A stretch of DNA of 41,226 bases. It comes from Toensbergia leucococca. Taxonomy: Eukaryota. Positions within the stretch are counted from its first letter, which is position 1. Every line of letters begins with the position of its first letter. The notes under the pieces are model-generated. The model worked only from the letters and a program-made list of their open reading frames with translations, was not told where the DNA came from and did not search any database. Of the stretch, positions 10,503-22,835 are shown in pieces. Made by a program: the position numbers and the translations under genes. Location: the NCBI GenBank assembly GCA_022813965.1, contig JALDZS010000031.1:124001-165226 (forward strand). The letters run 5' to 3'.

Positions 10503-11504
10503 CTAGGCTTTGCTAGATTGGACCCTCGTTGCTTTCCTCTTCATATACAGATCCCTAAGTGCATATATCAACTCATCTAACATCATTCCTGTGAGAATAA
10601 ATATCAAGAGCGATGCCTGAACCACTGGGAACGCCAGACATAGCATGCTGAACCAGCGGCAAAAATGCCAAAGCGATATCCAATTCCTAGCGTCGACAGC
10701 TTCCACAGCCAGTTCGACTTGCATGGCATTCAAGATAACAGAAAGGATACCGAAAACGAAGAGCAGAGGCCCATAGAAGCGTGCAAAGTAGGCAGCATAT
10801 TGGCCGTGCAGCTGCTCATAATCCCATTTCTGGAGAAAAACCTTAGCATAGAGATTAAGCCTCGTCAGTCTCAACTCCCCATAGTGATATCTTTGTGACA
10901 CGTCATCGTCGGTGATCACATCGAGAAAGGAGGCAGTAAAGGCACAGAACTGGGGCCATGTAATGCCTTGGGGGATCAGACGATTCTGCCCTCTACAGGC
11001 AATCTCGAAATCTGATTCATACTGTATGAGATAATAATATGTCCTCAAGTATCCAAGAGCGGCTCTGTAGATGCTCTCACGCTCGGTGCCAAGTGGCGAG
11101 TCATGGCTAAGCAGGAAATCTGCCCAGAAGGAATGAGAGACAAGATAGGCAGGAAGAGGCTTGATGAATATGCGATCATCTATCCATACTAGATGTAACT
11201 TTGGATCCTCTGTGATGGTAATGGCACGTCCCTTGACTCTCTGGTGATGCAGTGGCCATATATGGGCGGAGGATTGGGTGGAGAGCAGCCACAGATGCGA
11301 AGCCAATGTGTCCAAGTCGGGGGAGATGTACTCACGACGGAGAAAGCGCGTGAGTTGGGAGTGATTGTCGATGGCAAGTTGAGGATATCCTGGCAGATGG
11401 TTGATTGGCTGGTCGTTGGTGTAAAGTTGCGACTCGCTAGTGAAGGGAAAGGGAAACACATCTAAATTGAGGTTTAAACTTGTAGGGGACGCCATAGCCG
11501 ACAT
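10503..11504 (-). CDS. Fungal DUF6601-type protein with C-terminal TM helices
   Basis: 333-aa ORF with PLHHQRVKGR, ITEDPKLHLVW..IFIKPLP, YGELRLTRLN and two hydrophobic C-terminal segments. Family assignment is from recalled motifs. Confidence 0.75.
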   Translation of the reverse strand: MSAMASPTSLNLNLDVFPFPFTSESQLYTNDQPINHLPGYPQLAIDNHSQLTRFLRREYISPDLDTLASHLWLLSTQSSAHIWPLHHQRVKGRAITITEDPKLHLVWIDDRIFIKPLPAYLVSHSFWADFLLSHDSPLGTERESIYRAALGYLRTYYYLIQYESDFEIACRGQNRLIPQGITWPQFCAFTASFLDVITDDDVSQRYHYGELRLTRLNLYAKVFLQKWDYEQLHGQYAAYFARFYGPLLFVFGILSVILNAMQVELAVEAVDARNWISLWHFCRWFSMLCLAFPVVQASLLIFILTGMMLDELIYALRDLYMKRKATRVQSSKA

Positions 11505-12209
11505 TTAGTATTCTACTTGCGAGTTCGTTCCAGGTTTTATTAATGCGGTTTTTCATTGAGATGGAGATGAAGATTCCCGGTTGTCATCGACGAGTGCAAC
11601 CATTAGCCACGCAGCCTAAGATAAATACGCAGTGCGAGGTTGCGTTATTTAGAATATCGCTGACGACCATTATAAATCCCTACCTAACTTCGCAGCACTG
11701 GTGCCGTCGCCTACTTCAGGTGACGACAACTGCTTGCATCCAACAGAATGCCCACGAAAAGTTTGGACCTACCTTATCAGGCCATTGTACTCTAATCTGC
11801 CGTTCTCTGCCCACTTTTCCGCACGCTTGACTGATTGCCGGCCTAGACGGTGGCATCCAAGATGCAATCAAGATTTTGGAGCAAAAGAAGTGACTGGATC
11901 CTGGGACTGTGTTCATGAACACCATTCTAGAAGGCCGGCCAACGCTTCATAGCCTCATGCAGCCTGAGCCGTCCTCATCGAATCGTGCATCGATTGGCCA
12001 CAATTGACATACTAATTAAGCACTTTTAATTAAATAAGACTCGAGCAGGCAGCCATCATCCCGAATCTCACAACACTGCCTTGATAATGAGGCTCAACCG
12101 GCACCCAAGTCAATAAATCCCATGTGAAACTCGTCTTTCCAACGTCCTTTCCCTATAACATGCTCTTCAATCTCTTCAGCTCTGAGGTGTTTCCCGTCTA
12201 CTCATCGTA

Positions 12210-14962
12210 ATGCGTTCAACTTTTGCAAAAGTCGTTGGAGGCTCAACCCGCGTTCACAAACACATGAAGCATGCAGAATCTGTTTCGCCGGAATTATTAG
12301 GGCTCCAGACCTTGTACCATCCTCCAGGCGATGCTGAAGGACAAGATCCCATAGTAGAGTGAGGCCCCTGGTCGACAATCTTTCTCAACCATCATCCATT
12401 ACAATTAATGACCTCTGCAGCATTGTCGCCGTACACGGTATAGGTGTCGACCCGTACTTTACGTGGGTAAGCCATGATGTCCACTGGTTGAAAGATGAAA
12501 AGATGCTCCCTCACTTGATACCTCGCGGGCGAATCATGAGTTTTGGTTATGAGTCCAAATGGTTTGGAGCTGGCACATTGAAACAAAGACTGTCGATTGT
12601 CGCTTATGACCTCTTACAAGCACTCCACAACGAAAGAGAAGTAAGAAGGAGCCTTGTGATGAATCAGATTACCGCCCGGAAGTTGATCATATTAGCTATG
12701 TCCTCATAGGCCCCTTATCTTTGTTTGCCATTGCTTCGGAGGCCTTGTCGTTCAAAAAGTCTGATTTTCTACCAATCTTATCATTTCCCACTAATTTCTC
12801 ATGGCAGGCAATGATGACTGCAAAGCTCCACGAGCATGTTTATCCCGCTTTGTTTTCTTCAACCATTGGCATACTATTCATTGGCACACCTCACCGAGGA
12901 TCCGACGCAGTCTCTAAAGCTTCCTTGTTCGCAGCAGTAGCCTCGCATACAAGCTTGCAGGCTGATGGTACAATACTCAAAATGCTTGAAGCTGAAAATG
13001 ATGCTCTGTTAGACCTACTAGATAATTTTGTTACTCTTTGTAATTCTCCAGAAGCTCATCTCCGCATAGTCTGTTTTTTCGAACAACGGACCACGTGCAT
13101 TGGAAAGGTCATTGGTATCAAGACTATAAGGGTTCATTCACCGAAGAGTGAGAAAGAAATGCTTTGCTAAAGATGATATAGGAATTCATCGTTGATGAGG
13201 CTTCCGGTACCATTGATGGACACGCGAAGTTCGGCTTGGACCTCGATCACTTTCAAATTAACAAATTTGCAACCCCGGACAACGCTCACTACAAGGCTGT
13301 CGGTAGTCAGATACGGGGTTTCATCGATGTCGCAGACTTAAAGCGTAAGGATTATACCAATTCACGTTGATCAAAAACAACGAAGTCTTCCCAATCAGAG
13401 AAAATGCACCTAGTAAACATGGCTAACTCAGTGTCCATTCATAGCTCTTTGGACTGGGGAGGAGCTAGGTATATGCAAAACCCAGGGTCAAAATCAGGGA
13501 TGCTGATAGATACCCTTAGAATGTCTTCATTCATTAGCTTTCGATGGCATGGATAGCCGTGAGTGGAAGATTGAGCCAGCATTAGATGGCACTTGTAAAT
13601 GGCTATCGATGTTGGATGAGTACCGAACCTGGAAAGGATCACAGCAAAGCTTGCTCTGGATTCAAGGGAAAGTAGGAGTCGGCAAATCTACGCTATTGAA
13701 ACGAACATTGCTAGATCTCAAGGCAGCGAAGCTCCAAGGCTCTGTTGTTGCTGGCTTCTTTTTCGACCGCTATCGTGGCCAAGCGACAAGCAGCGCTTTG
13801 AGCCTTTACCGCTCACTACTGCATCAATTACTTTCGCAATCCCACTTTCTGCTCATGAAGTTTCTTCCAAGATTTCGGGCGAAGTACAATCGATCTACGA
13901 CATGGAAGTGGGAATTTCAAGAATTACGAGATGCTTTTCTGGCCATGGCGACACATGCTAGGAGCCCTCGAATATACATCTTCGTTGATGCGCTTGACGA
14001 ATGCGATAATCAATATACGCAGCAAGCCATCAGAGATTTTGAGCAAGCATTGGAATTTGCTGCCCAAAGTGGCAATTCCCTCAAGATTTGTTTCTCGAGT
14101 CGTCAATATCCCACCTATCTGAGTAACTGTTCTCTAATAATACAAGTGGAAAACAACAATGCACCAGATATTGAGAAATATACCATGGAGAAATTACAAA
14201 TCCCTTCTCAAGCCGGGAAATATCTGCGGAATACAGTCATTGCAAGGGCCTCAGGTATGTTTTGGTGGGTGGTACTAGTTATTGAAGCTCTTGTGCAGAG
14301 TCACGCCGATGGAAACTGTATCACTCGTATCAAATGCGTTATATACGAAGTTCCAAGTCAGATAGAGAGTGAGTTAATACAGATATTCCAAGAGATCCAC
14401 TTGAAGTATCGAACGGAGACTGTGCGCCTCATGAGATATGTTCTTCGCGGGGAACAGGACTTATTCGTCAGCGAACTCAAGGATGCATTGGCTTCTGGAA
14501 ACGATACAAGTTTGATTTCATGTCAGCAGTGTATCAAACCAGAGCATCCGGTAACTGAGGAACAAATGGAGAGATGGATCAGGAGTCGATCTGGGGGGCT
14601 TATTGAAGTCAAATGGAGGTATGCCTCCTCCTTTCTTTCGTACGATTTCGACGGCTCAGGAGCGTCACTAAAAATTAGTCTCCAGCTTTTATATGAACGC
14701 AACTCTACGTTTCATCCACCCAGTCGTCAAGACGTTCTTACAAGATAGTCGAGCTCGAGTTTCAGAGTGCCTAGGCGGCGACGTTTTCAAAGGCCTCAGT
14801 CAGACCCTCGGCGAAAACAATGTGGGTTTGCTCAACGCCGACAAGGCTAGAAGTACCCTAAGCCTGTCAGACCCGCATTACATGAGGAAGGACACCATCG
14901 AAGTTGATGAAGATAGAGTAGGTACATACTCTGGACTATACAAGGATTTACCAACACAATGA
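12210..14962 (+). CDS. NLR-like protein: N-terminal SesB-like alpha/beta-hydrolase + NACHT NTPase, with no C-terminal repeat domain; multi-exon
   Basis: Hydrolase motifs DIVAVHGIG, WLKDEKMLP, PLIFVCHCFGG, FIGTPHRGS, FFEQ and LDHFQINKF. NACHT motifs GTCKW, Walker A GKVGVGKS, Walker B YIFVDALDEC, ICFSSR and GMFWWV. An intron at about 14619-14685 links to FIHPVVKTFL; stop at 14962. Linker exons around 13345-13520 are uncertain. Confidence 0.8.
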
Positions 14963-15350
14963 AAAGACAAGGAAGTGCCAACAAAAAGAGAAGGCTTTAT
15001 CAACACAATGAAAAAAGCCATGTTTAAATTCACAACTCATTTGTTACCTTTTATCATTGACTGCATTCCTAATCCTCGCATTCCCGTTCCCAAACAACAA
15101 AGCGAAACGAGGAATGTTCACAAATCACATACCATCTGCACAACAACAAAATCACCAATTCCCCAGAAATCGAGTCACCTTAATTCTCCTTTTTCCCTCT
15201 ATCAACTCGCATCAAGATCAATCGACCTCTCTCCTACAGATTTGGTTTTATAATCACCGTCGCAGTCTTGAACCTTCCATTTCCTTGGTAGCCCTCTCAA
15301 GTATTTGTCAACCTCTCTCACATCTCCTACATCATCCCATTTCCTCCAGA

Positions 15351-16141
15351 ATGCACACACTCTCCATTCTCCTCTTCCTCACGACTTCCCTTCTCGCTAC
15401 CTTGATAAACGCCCAAAAGGTCGCATTCACAAATTCTTACTACACAGGCATAACAACCGGTGAACCCTTCGACCTGACCTGGTCAGGTGATGGAACCGTA
15501 AGTCCAGTCCCTATGTTCACCTTCACATTTCCTCACTAACGACACGGAAGCCCGTAACGCTCACCCTCCTCACCGGCAACTCAACAGACCTCCAATTCGT
15601 CACCACAATAGCAAGTAAGTCTTCCTCCCTCACCTCTTTATCCCAGAAAAGAAGATCAACTGGGCCAAATCCAAACCGAAAGACCGCTAATAGTCCCAAA
15701 GCAATCTCTCAAAGCCCTTACGTCTGGACCCCGGACCCCCTCATCGCGCCGGGCACCTACGCCATCTCAATTCTTCAATCAGGTTTCACAAACTACTCCC
15801 CCGAGTTCTCTCTCCTTTCCACCACCGCCTCCATATCTAGCAGCTCCTACGCAATGAGCGCCATCATCCCATCCCCAACATCCTACGCCATGGGTCTCAT
15901 CCCCCCAAGCGGCTTTCCTTATACCAGCGGTGCCCTTGCGCCTAGCGGCTATGTGAATGGGACTGCAATGCCGACTGGGAAGACCTATCCGAATGGTACG
16001 GGGGGTGCAATTCCTAGCGGGATGGGCGCACCGATGGGGAATGGGAATATAACTCGTTTTGAAGGGGCTGGTGTGAGAATTGGGATGGGAAGTATGATTC
16101 GGTGGGTTTCGGCCGCAGTTGTGGCGTGGTTGATGTGTTAG
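15351..16141 (+). CDS. Secreted, probably GPI-anchored Ser/Thr-rich cell-wall protein (Kre9/Knh1-like N-terminus)
   Basis: Signal peptide MHTLSILLFLTTSLLATLINA, then ITTGEPFDLTWSGDGT/PVTLTL, two introns, YVWTP..GTYAISI..NYSPEF, an S/T/G-rich tail and a hydrophobic C-terminus. Confidence 0.75.
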
Positions 16142-16978
16142 AGATGATAATGGGAGGTTCTGCGAGATACCAGCTTTCTTCATTTTTATTTCTTGGAACG
16201 GGAGTTAGGATTGCTGGGAAGAGGGAGTTTGAAGTGCTAAGAGTAGATGATTTCTTTGGATGAATGTGTGGGAGGAGGCGCAGGCGCAGCCTTTCCCTTT
16301 CTTTAATTTCTTTGTCTTGGAGCTTTTTATATTGGGTAATTCTTTTTGGACCTTGGGGATCCTGGAAGGGGATCGTTCTTGTTTTTTTTTTCTCAAATCA
16401 TATATTGAGAGGAGGACTTGAGGATTTGTTTGGGAAATGATTACTGGGTGTTGTTTTCCTTGACAGCGCAGTTGATAATCTGGAGGTTATTTCTATAAGT
16501 GGCTGCAAGCCATTCTGGAGAAGCTACCAACACATTGACGTCCTTTTCACCCCCTTCGGCTTCTCTGCCTCACTAACTTCGTCTCATCACTCTGCCCTGT
16601 CAAGTCTTAGGTCCACGTCTGAATCCACGTCCTCATCCATCACCAAATGTCTTCCAAACCCAGCCCAAACTCTACAGCAGCAAAGGGATAATTGAACATT
16701 TGGTTCCAGGGCAATGAATGGGTTGGTTGAAATAGAGCATGTTTCTTTGGAATAAAAGATGCTGCTTTAGAACGGCGCACGTTCTTTAAAATAAAGCATG
16801 TTTCTTTGATAGTGAAAAGGGGTTTTTCGTCGAGTACGTGAGACCCGCGAATTTTGGGCAACATCCTGCGAATTTATAATCTGATACAAAGCAAAACACA
16901 TCAAGACACAAAGACCAGTTGATACACATTGGAGAGCCTTGAGATCTCATTATTTCCTCAATCCCCCTATCTTATGAA

Positions 16979-17902
16979 ATGACAACGCCCTCTGCCCCAC
17001 CTGACCTAACATCATCTCTACCCTCACCATCTCCACCACCACACATCCTCCCCCCCCCCTTCACTCACACCCTTCCACCCCCAACACTAATAACCCAAGG
17101 TGCCGAAGCCCTCCTCTTCCGCACCCACTTCCTCACCCCCGCTTACCCTTGCGCTCTCAAATATCGACCTTCAAAACCGTATCGACACCCCACCCTCGAT
17201 GCCCGATTGACACGCCACAGAATCTTAAGCGAGGCGAGGATCTTGGTCAAGTGTGCGAGGGAGAGAGTGGATGTGCCGCGGGTGCTGGCGCTTGATTGGG
17301 AGGGTGGAACCCTTCCTGGTTCGGGTGATGAGGGGGGGCATAAGGACGGAAGGCGGAGTGGGGGATGGATGATGATGGAGTGGATTGAAGGCGAGACGAT
17401 TAGGAGGATGCTTGACTTGTGCTTGGGGTATGCCAGGAGTGATGGAAAGGCAATGGCAAAGGCAGGAGAAGAGGAGACTCAGGGCCAGAGCGAAGAGATG
17501 AAGCAGCTGATGATGAAAATTGGGCGCGCCGTGGGAAGAATGCACGAGATTGGAGTCGTTCATGGTGACCTGACGACGAGTAATCTGATGCTACGTCCAA
17601 CAAGAGGAACAAAGCTCGCCATCAACAACGACATTTCGGAAGCTGTCAAGGGTAAACCTTCACTCGAAGGCGACGTCGTTCTTATTGACTTTGGCCTCGC
17701 GGCACAGAGCGTGCAGGATGAAGACAAGGCCGTTGATCTCTATGTTCTTGAGAGAGCCTTTGGCAGCACGCATCCTACGGTAGAGGGACTTTTCTCAGAG
17801 GTGCTAAAGGCCTACGGAGAGAGCTACAAGGGAGCACAGGTGGTGCTGAAGAGATTGGAAGAGGTGCGGATGAGAGGGAGGAAGCGCAGCATGATTGGAT
17901 GA
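16979..17902 (+). CDS. BUD32: EKC/KEOPS complex kinase Bud32/PRPK
   Basis: QGAEA, KYRPSKPYRHPTLD, HGDLTTSN, LIDFGL, EDKAVDLYVLERAF and C-terminal RGRKRSMIG. Confidence 0.96.
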   Translation: MTTPSAPPDLTSSLPSPSPPPHILPPPFTHTLPPPTLITQGAEALLFRTHFLTPAYPCALKYRPSKPYRHPTLDARLTRHRILSEARILVKCARERVDVPRVLALDWEGGTLPGSGDEGGHKDGRRSGGWMMMEWIEGETIRRMLDLCLGYARSDGKAMAKAGEEETQGQSEEMKQLMMKIGRAVGRMHEIGVVHGDLTTSNLMLRPTRGTKLAINNDISEAVKGKPSLEGDVVLIDFGLAAQSVQDEDKAVDLYVLERAFGSTHPTVEGLFSEVLKAYGESYKGAQVVLKRLEEVRMRGRKRSMIG

Positions 17903-18349
17903 TTTTTGATAGATGAGGAACCCATCTCGGATTATACGTGATCACTTCCCTCTGTGGGTACTCGAGAACTCTCGTGCGCGTGGTGCCTTCAACTACACCT
18001 GCCCAAATACCATGGGCTCTAATCGGCAAACGCAAACCACCTCCAATCTCACAGAGCAGGGCGTTGGACAAGAAGAAGTATACCGCAAAACGGAAAAGAA
18101 GGCAGCGAGGTCAATACCGCAACCCCATACCGCTGAACCACCTTAAGCTCACAACCCAAATCATTACCAAACCCACCTTTCTCAACTTTCCGAGAAAAGC
18201 GGGAGCAATATCACTTCCAAAAAACACTCCCTCCTTCAACTTCGTACAGTCTGAGCTCTTGGCAGCGCATCAACCCTGTCAGTGCCTCGCCAAGTATCTA
18301 GAAGGAACACATCAGCGAGATAATAGCACAATAAATAAATCTACAAGAT

Positions 18350-19700
18350 ACATCACCCCGAGAGAAAAGCACACTGATACAGCCGAGCACCCCCATCAGA
18401 GAAATAACAACCTCCCCAACCTCCCCAACCTCCCTCCTCACCACTCCCACCTTCAAAAACCTTGTGCAGACCCCACACATCCATACCAATTCCCCCAACC
18501 TCACCTCCCCCTCTCTCTCCCACCCCCAAACCCAAAAGCTCCCCTCACACGAACACACTCCCCTCCCCTAAAACCCCACCCCCCACAACATCCACCCAAA
18601 CGCACAATGTCCTCCAAGCCTACAGACAAAAACATCTCCCTCACCCCCCCTACCCCCCCAAAAACCCCAAAAACCATGCCCACACGAACCCCTCCCCCTC
18701 CCTCTCACCCCACACCTCAATCTCATTCCCAACCCCCCAAAAACATAAACCCGCCATATCCCTCAAAACTCAACCCCACCACCGACCAACCCATCAATCC
18801 AAACCCAGCAATAACAATCTTCCCTTATAACAACCTTCCACCCCCTTCCCCATCCCCTGAACACAAACCAACACACACCAACGCGCCCAAGAAAAAAGAC
18901 AACAGAAAAATGAAGAAATCAATTATGAATCCCTTCATCAAAGCAAAGCTCCCTTGCTCCCTCTCAAAAAAAAAAGAGGTCAGACACTTCACCAAAAAAA
19001 AAAGAGAAAAAAAAGAGAAACAAATTCCTTATCAAAAACCTAAAATCAAAAAAAGTCTCTTCTCTTCACCCCTTCTCCTAGAAACTTTCTCACAAAAACA
19101 AGAACAAGTCTGCTTCTTTCATTCTCTTAAATTCAAGCTTAAAAAAGTGAGGCATCAAACGCACATAATAGTTAAGTTCACTCATTTCACACTGTCACTG
19201 TTATACTGTCACACACCACAACTGACTAAAATCAATGAAATCAACTCAAATTATCAGATCACTCTTTGCTCTTAATAACAGAAATCAAACACTCACCTCT
19301 CCTTACCCTCAAAAAAAAATACCAAAAATATCAAAAACACACACACACACCAAAACAAGACTGAGCAAAAGAAATAACAAGACAAATAAAAAGAATGTGA
19401 GCAAAACAGCAAAACAGCAAAACAGCAAAAAAGCAAAGAAGCAGTTCAGATTTTGCAAACAAGATCCCTAGCCCCCTCAAAAAAAAACAAATCAAAATCA
19501 AAATCAAACACAACACTCAAATATGAAATTTCACAACTTTTCCAAAAATCAAATCATCAGAACAAAAAAGATCTTGATTTGCCAAAGAAGAAAAAAGAAA
19601 AAGAACAAAAAATGCGGGGGGAAAGAGGGGACAAGGAGATCCCACCCCTTCTGACCCCCCACCTTTCCCAAAAAAAAAAAGTTTCCATAGCATAATACCC
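18350..19700. repeat. Strand-skewed low-complexity tract (A/C-rich, G-depleted on + strand)
   Basis: Long runs of A and C with very few G, lying between the convergent BUD32 and Usp107 genes. Confidence 0.7.
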
Positions 19701-19865
19701 CCTAAACGTCGCCCACCTACGACAAAAAGTGCTCAAGCATCCAGCACCGCAGTCACACTCACAAAAGGGTAGAAAAAAAATCACACCTAGATTATTCATA
19801 GCAAGAAGGTGGTGGTAGGTATAATAAAAGTAAGACAACTACGAATAGCACAAAAGGTCTCCCAT

Positions 19866-22546
19866 CTAAGCAGAAAGGCCTCTCTTCTCCGATTCAGAAA
19901 AGAAGATAATCATACGCCACAATTTCTTGACCAGGACCTCTGCTTCCTCGTCCAATGCCTAGAATGAGGAACAAAAGCACACCCGTTAGCATTTTTTCTC
20001 CGCTCTTTGCAAGGAAAAAAAAAGCGAAAGTGTGAGAAAAAGGTTGGGGGGGAGAGAGAAACAAGAGAGAAAGCAGAAAAGAAAAAAAAAGTAAAACAAA
20101 CTCACCCCTTCCAATTGTTCCACCAACCCCTGCGGCGACCCCCTTTTCCGAATATGCTCCTCTACAACCTCCACAAGCATCTGCTCCTGCACCCCGAGGT
20201 ATTCGACAATCTTCTTTTCCACAAACGGCTTGAGCTGTTCGCCCAGCACCGTCTCGTCCACAAAGTCCCACTTGACCGGCCACTTCCACAGGCCCTCCTT
20301 ATCGGACGGTATGTCAGCAGCAAGTTGTCTTGCCGCTTGAGCTCGTTCCTCTTCCGTCAGACCTGAAGCTTCAGCCGCGCTTTCGAATTTGATCGGAATG
20401 AGAGTTCTCTTGGTGGATGCGTCTACCTCTTCTTCATCCTCAAGTAGGCCTTCAACTTCGGCGACGGTCCGTCTACTTGTGGCGGCTTGAGCTTTTTGCG
20501 CCGCTGCACCGAGTGATAATTTGAAGCGCTGGGGTTCTCGAGGTGCTTGTGCTTTAGCATCGAGTTCCATGGCTTGTCGATTTAAAAAGTCATCTGCCAT
20601 CCCTCTCGTCTGCTCTTGTTGTTGCAAGTCCTTGGCCTTCTCCCTCTCTTCCACCGCCCGATCCGCTTCATCCAGGTTCGCTTCTCTACTCCTGAACATG
20701 GCGCGATTTCGAATCCATAGGCTTCGGTCGAGGTAGTATTCTTCAACTTTCCTGCTAGCCTCAACATCGTCGTTCCACTCCCTGAGACGCTTGGCCACCG
20801 CTTCTTTTTCTGCCGATTCTTGCCCCTGTTCTTCCTTCTCCCGAGCCTTTTCTCTCTCTACAGCTGCCGTTCTACTTCGTTCTCGGTTTAGCCACCGTCT
20901 CCTCTGATCTTGGTACAACTTCTCCTGCTCTGCCTCTTTCTTCTCCTTTTTCCGCCTCTCAATCTCCTCGTCACTAGCATCGCTATCTTCATCTTCCCGA
21001 TTAATTAAGCCTGCAGTACCCGCACCATTAATACCACTTCCATGAACAAAAGTTACTCCCTTTTGGGACTCTTGATAGGCTTTCGGTCCTGCGGGAGCAT
21101 TAGGTACACCTCTATCTCTTGGCCCTACAGGAATTCCATTTGCACCACCAGCTGGTCCGCTCGGTGCTGCGAGAGGTGGGGAAGCAAGCCGGCTCGGCCG
21201 TGGCTGGCTGAGGTTTCGCTGTCGCTCCAATGCTTCGAGCTCCTCTTCTTTCCTCAGACGCTCCATGTCTCGACGAGTACTCCGGTCCCGAAATGCTGCG
21301 ATTTCCTTAGCAACCGTCTCACGCATCTCAGCGGGAATATCGGAGAGCTCATCATCAGCGGTAAGAGGTATTGTGACAACTTCAGCATCTGGCTTTGGCT
21401 CGCCATTCTGCATAAATATGTCACCATCATGGTCCACCGTGGACAACCCATTCGATCTCAGAGGTACAGACGGATGGGTAAGATCGGCGAGCACACGAGC
21501 AAGTGAGCTCTTCGCGGCATCTAAGCGCAGCTGTGCTTGTATTGGATCTTGATCTCCTCTCGACGCCTGGTATTGCTCGAGATAATTCAAAGAGGCATCA
21601 TCGACCATGACCTATAGTGGTAGTATTAGCAACGTAGCAACAAACCGACTGTTCTAGAGTCGTGACGTACAAGTAGTCTACTCTTCTCGACTTTGACATC
21701 GTCGTCTTCTTCCTTCTTTATGGCGCTGGCCATCTGGAGTTTTACAGGCACCTCCACATCTTTCAGCACGTCTACTGCTGTAGCAAGACTTTCGGGATCT
21801 TCGTACTCTGCAAAACCAAATCTGCATGCCTTGTTGTCTGCATCTGTAGCTCTTGTCCAACGCCTGAGGTTTCCTGCACACATCATTATGCGCTCAATGC
21901 CCTCGTCTCCCCCTGCGCCTTCAGTGATGCCTCCAACAAAAATAGTCCTCACAATCTCTTCCTTTGTAGGCGGCACCAGCTGCATCATACTTTCTCGTAC
22001 GGCTTGTCGTTGGGCTTCCATGCCTTGGCCTGCTCCTAGGCCTGGACGCGCAGACCTAGGTTCGGCATTGCTTTCTCGACGCCCCATATCTCCTCCTAGA
22101 GGCAATGGCTTACTTGGCCCTGAAGTCCCAAGACGTATGACAGGTGCAGAGAAATTTATATTAGGCATATTCGCGGGTGGTTGGAAATTGGCAGGAAATC
22201 CTCCTGGTCGGCCTGGTTGTTGAGAACCAGACTGCATGCCTGGAGGAGGGGAGACTCCCGGCGCAGACATGCCTGGAGGACCTAGACTCTATCAGAACTT
22301 GCTTCAGGCGTCATGCAGCTTTTGACATACCCATTCTTGGAGGACCACCCATGCCCGGCGGTGCACCCTGTTGACCTGGAAAGCCTCCAAGCCCTGGGGG
22401 CCGGCCGAACTGCGGATTACCTGGCGCATACTCTTAGCAGATGTTTGCATGGTAAGAAGCGCCTAGCTAAACAATTCAGCGAGATTGGGGAGCTCAGGAC
22501 ATGAATGTTCCTATTGTTTGAGCGTCTTACCTTGATAGTTGTACAT
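19866..22546 (-). CDS. usp107: U1 snRNP-associated RRM + PWI protein (RBM25/Snu71/Usp107 family), multi-exon
   Basis: Pro/Gly-rich N-terminus from the ATG at 22546, RRM (TIFVGGI..FGFAEYEDPESL), a charged coiled-coil, and PWI (LKPFVEKKIVEYLGVQE; last exon ALDEEAEVLVKKLWRMIIFFSE..GLSA*). Confidence 0.9.
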
Positions 22547-22835
22547 TGTGAGACGCCTTTGATGAGACTACTGCCAGTCTATCAAACAAGCTGAAGTCAC
22601 GTTAAGTTTGATACTCCTGTCCACGATCTGTAGGAAGTGTCGAAGCTTTTTTTTGGCGTTGAAGACTGGGGACCTGCGCGATGTGGAAGTTGCCGAGTGA
22701 AGGCAATTTTAAGAATATTCACTCCATCACCACGAATCTCAACTTCAACCAAATAAAGTCTACCAATTCAAGTTGCCGTTGAATTCTCCTTCTTCAGCTC
22801 CTATGCGATTCTGATGCGTTTCCTCAACCTTGACT

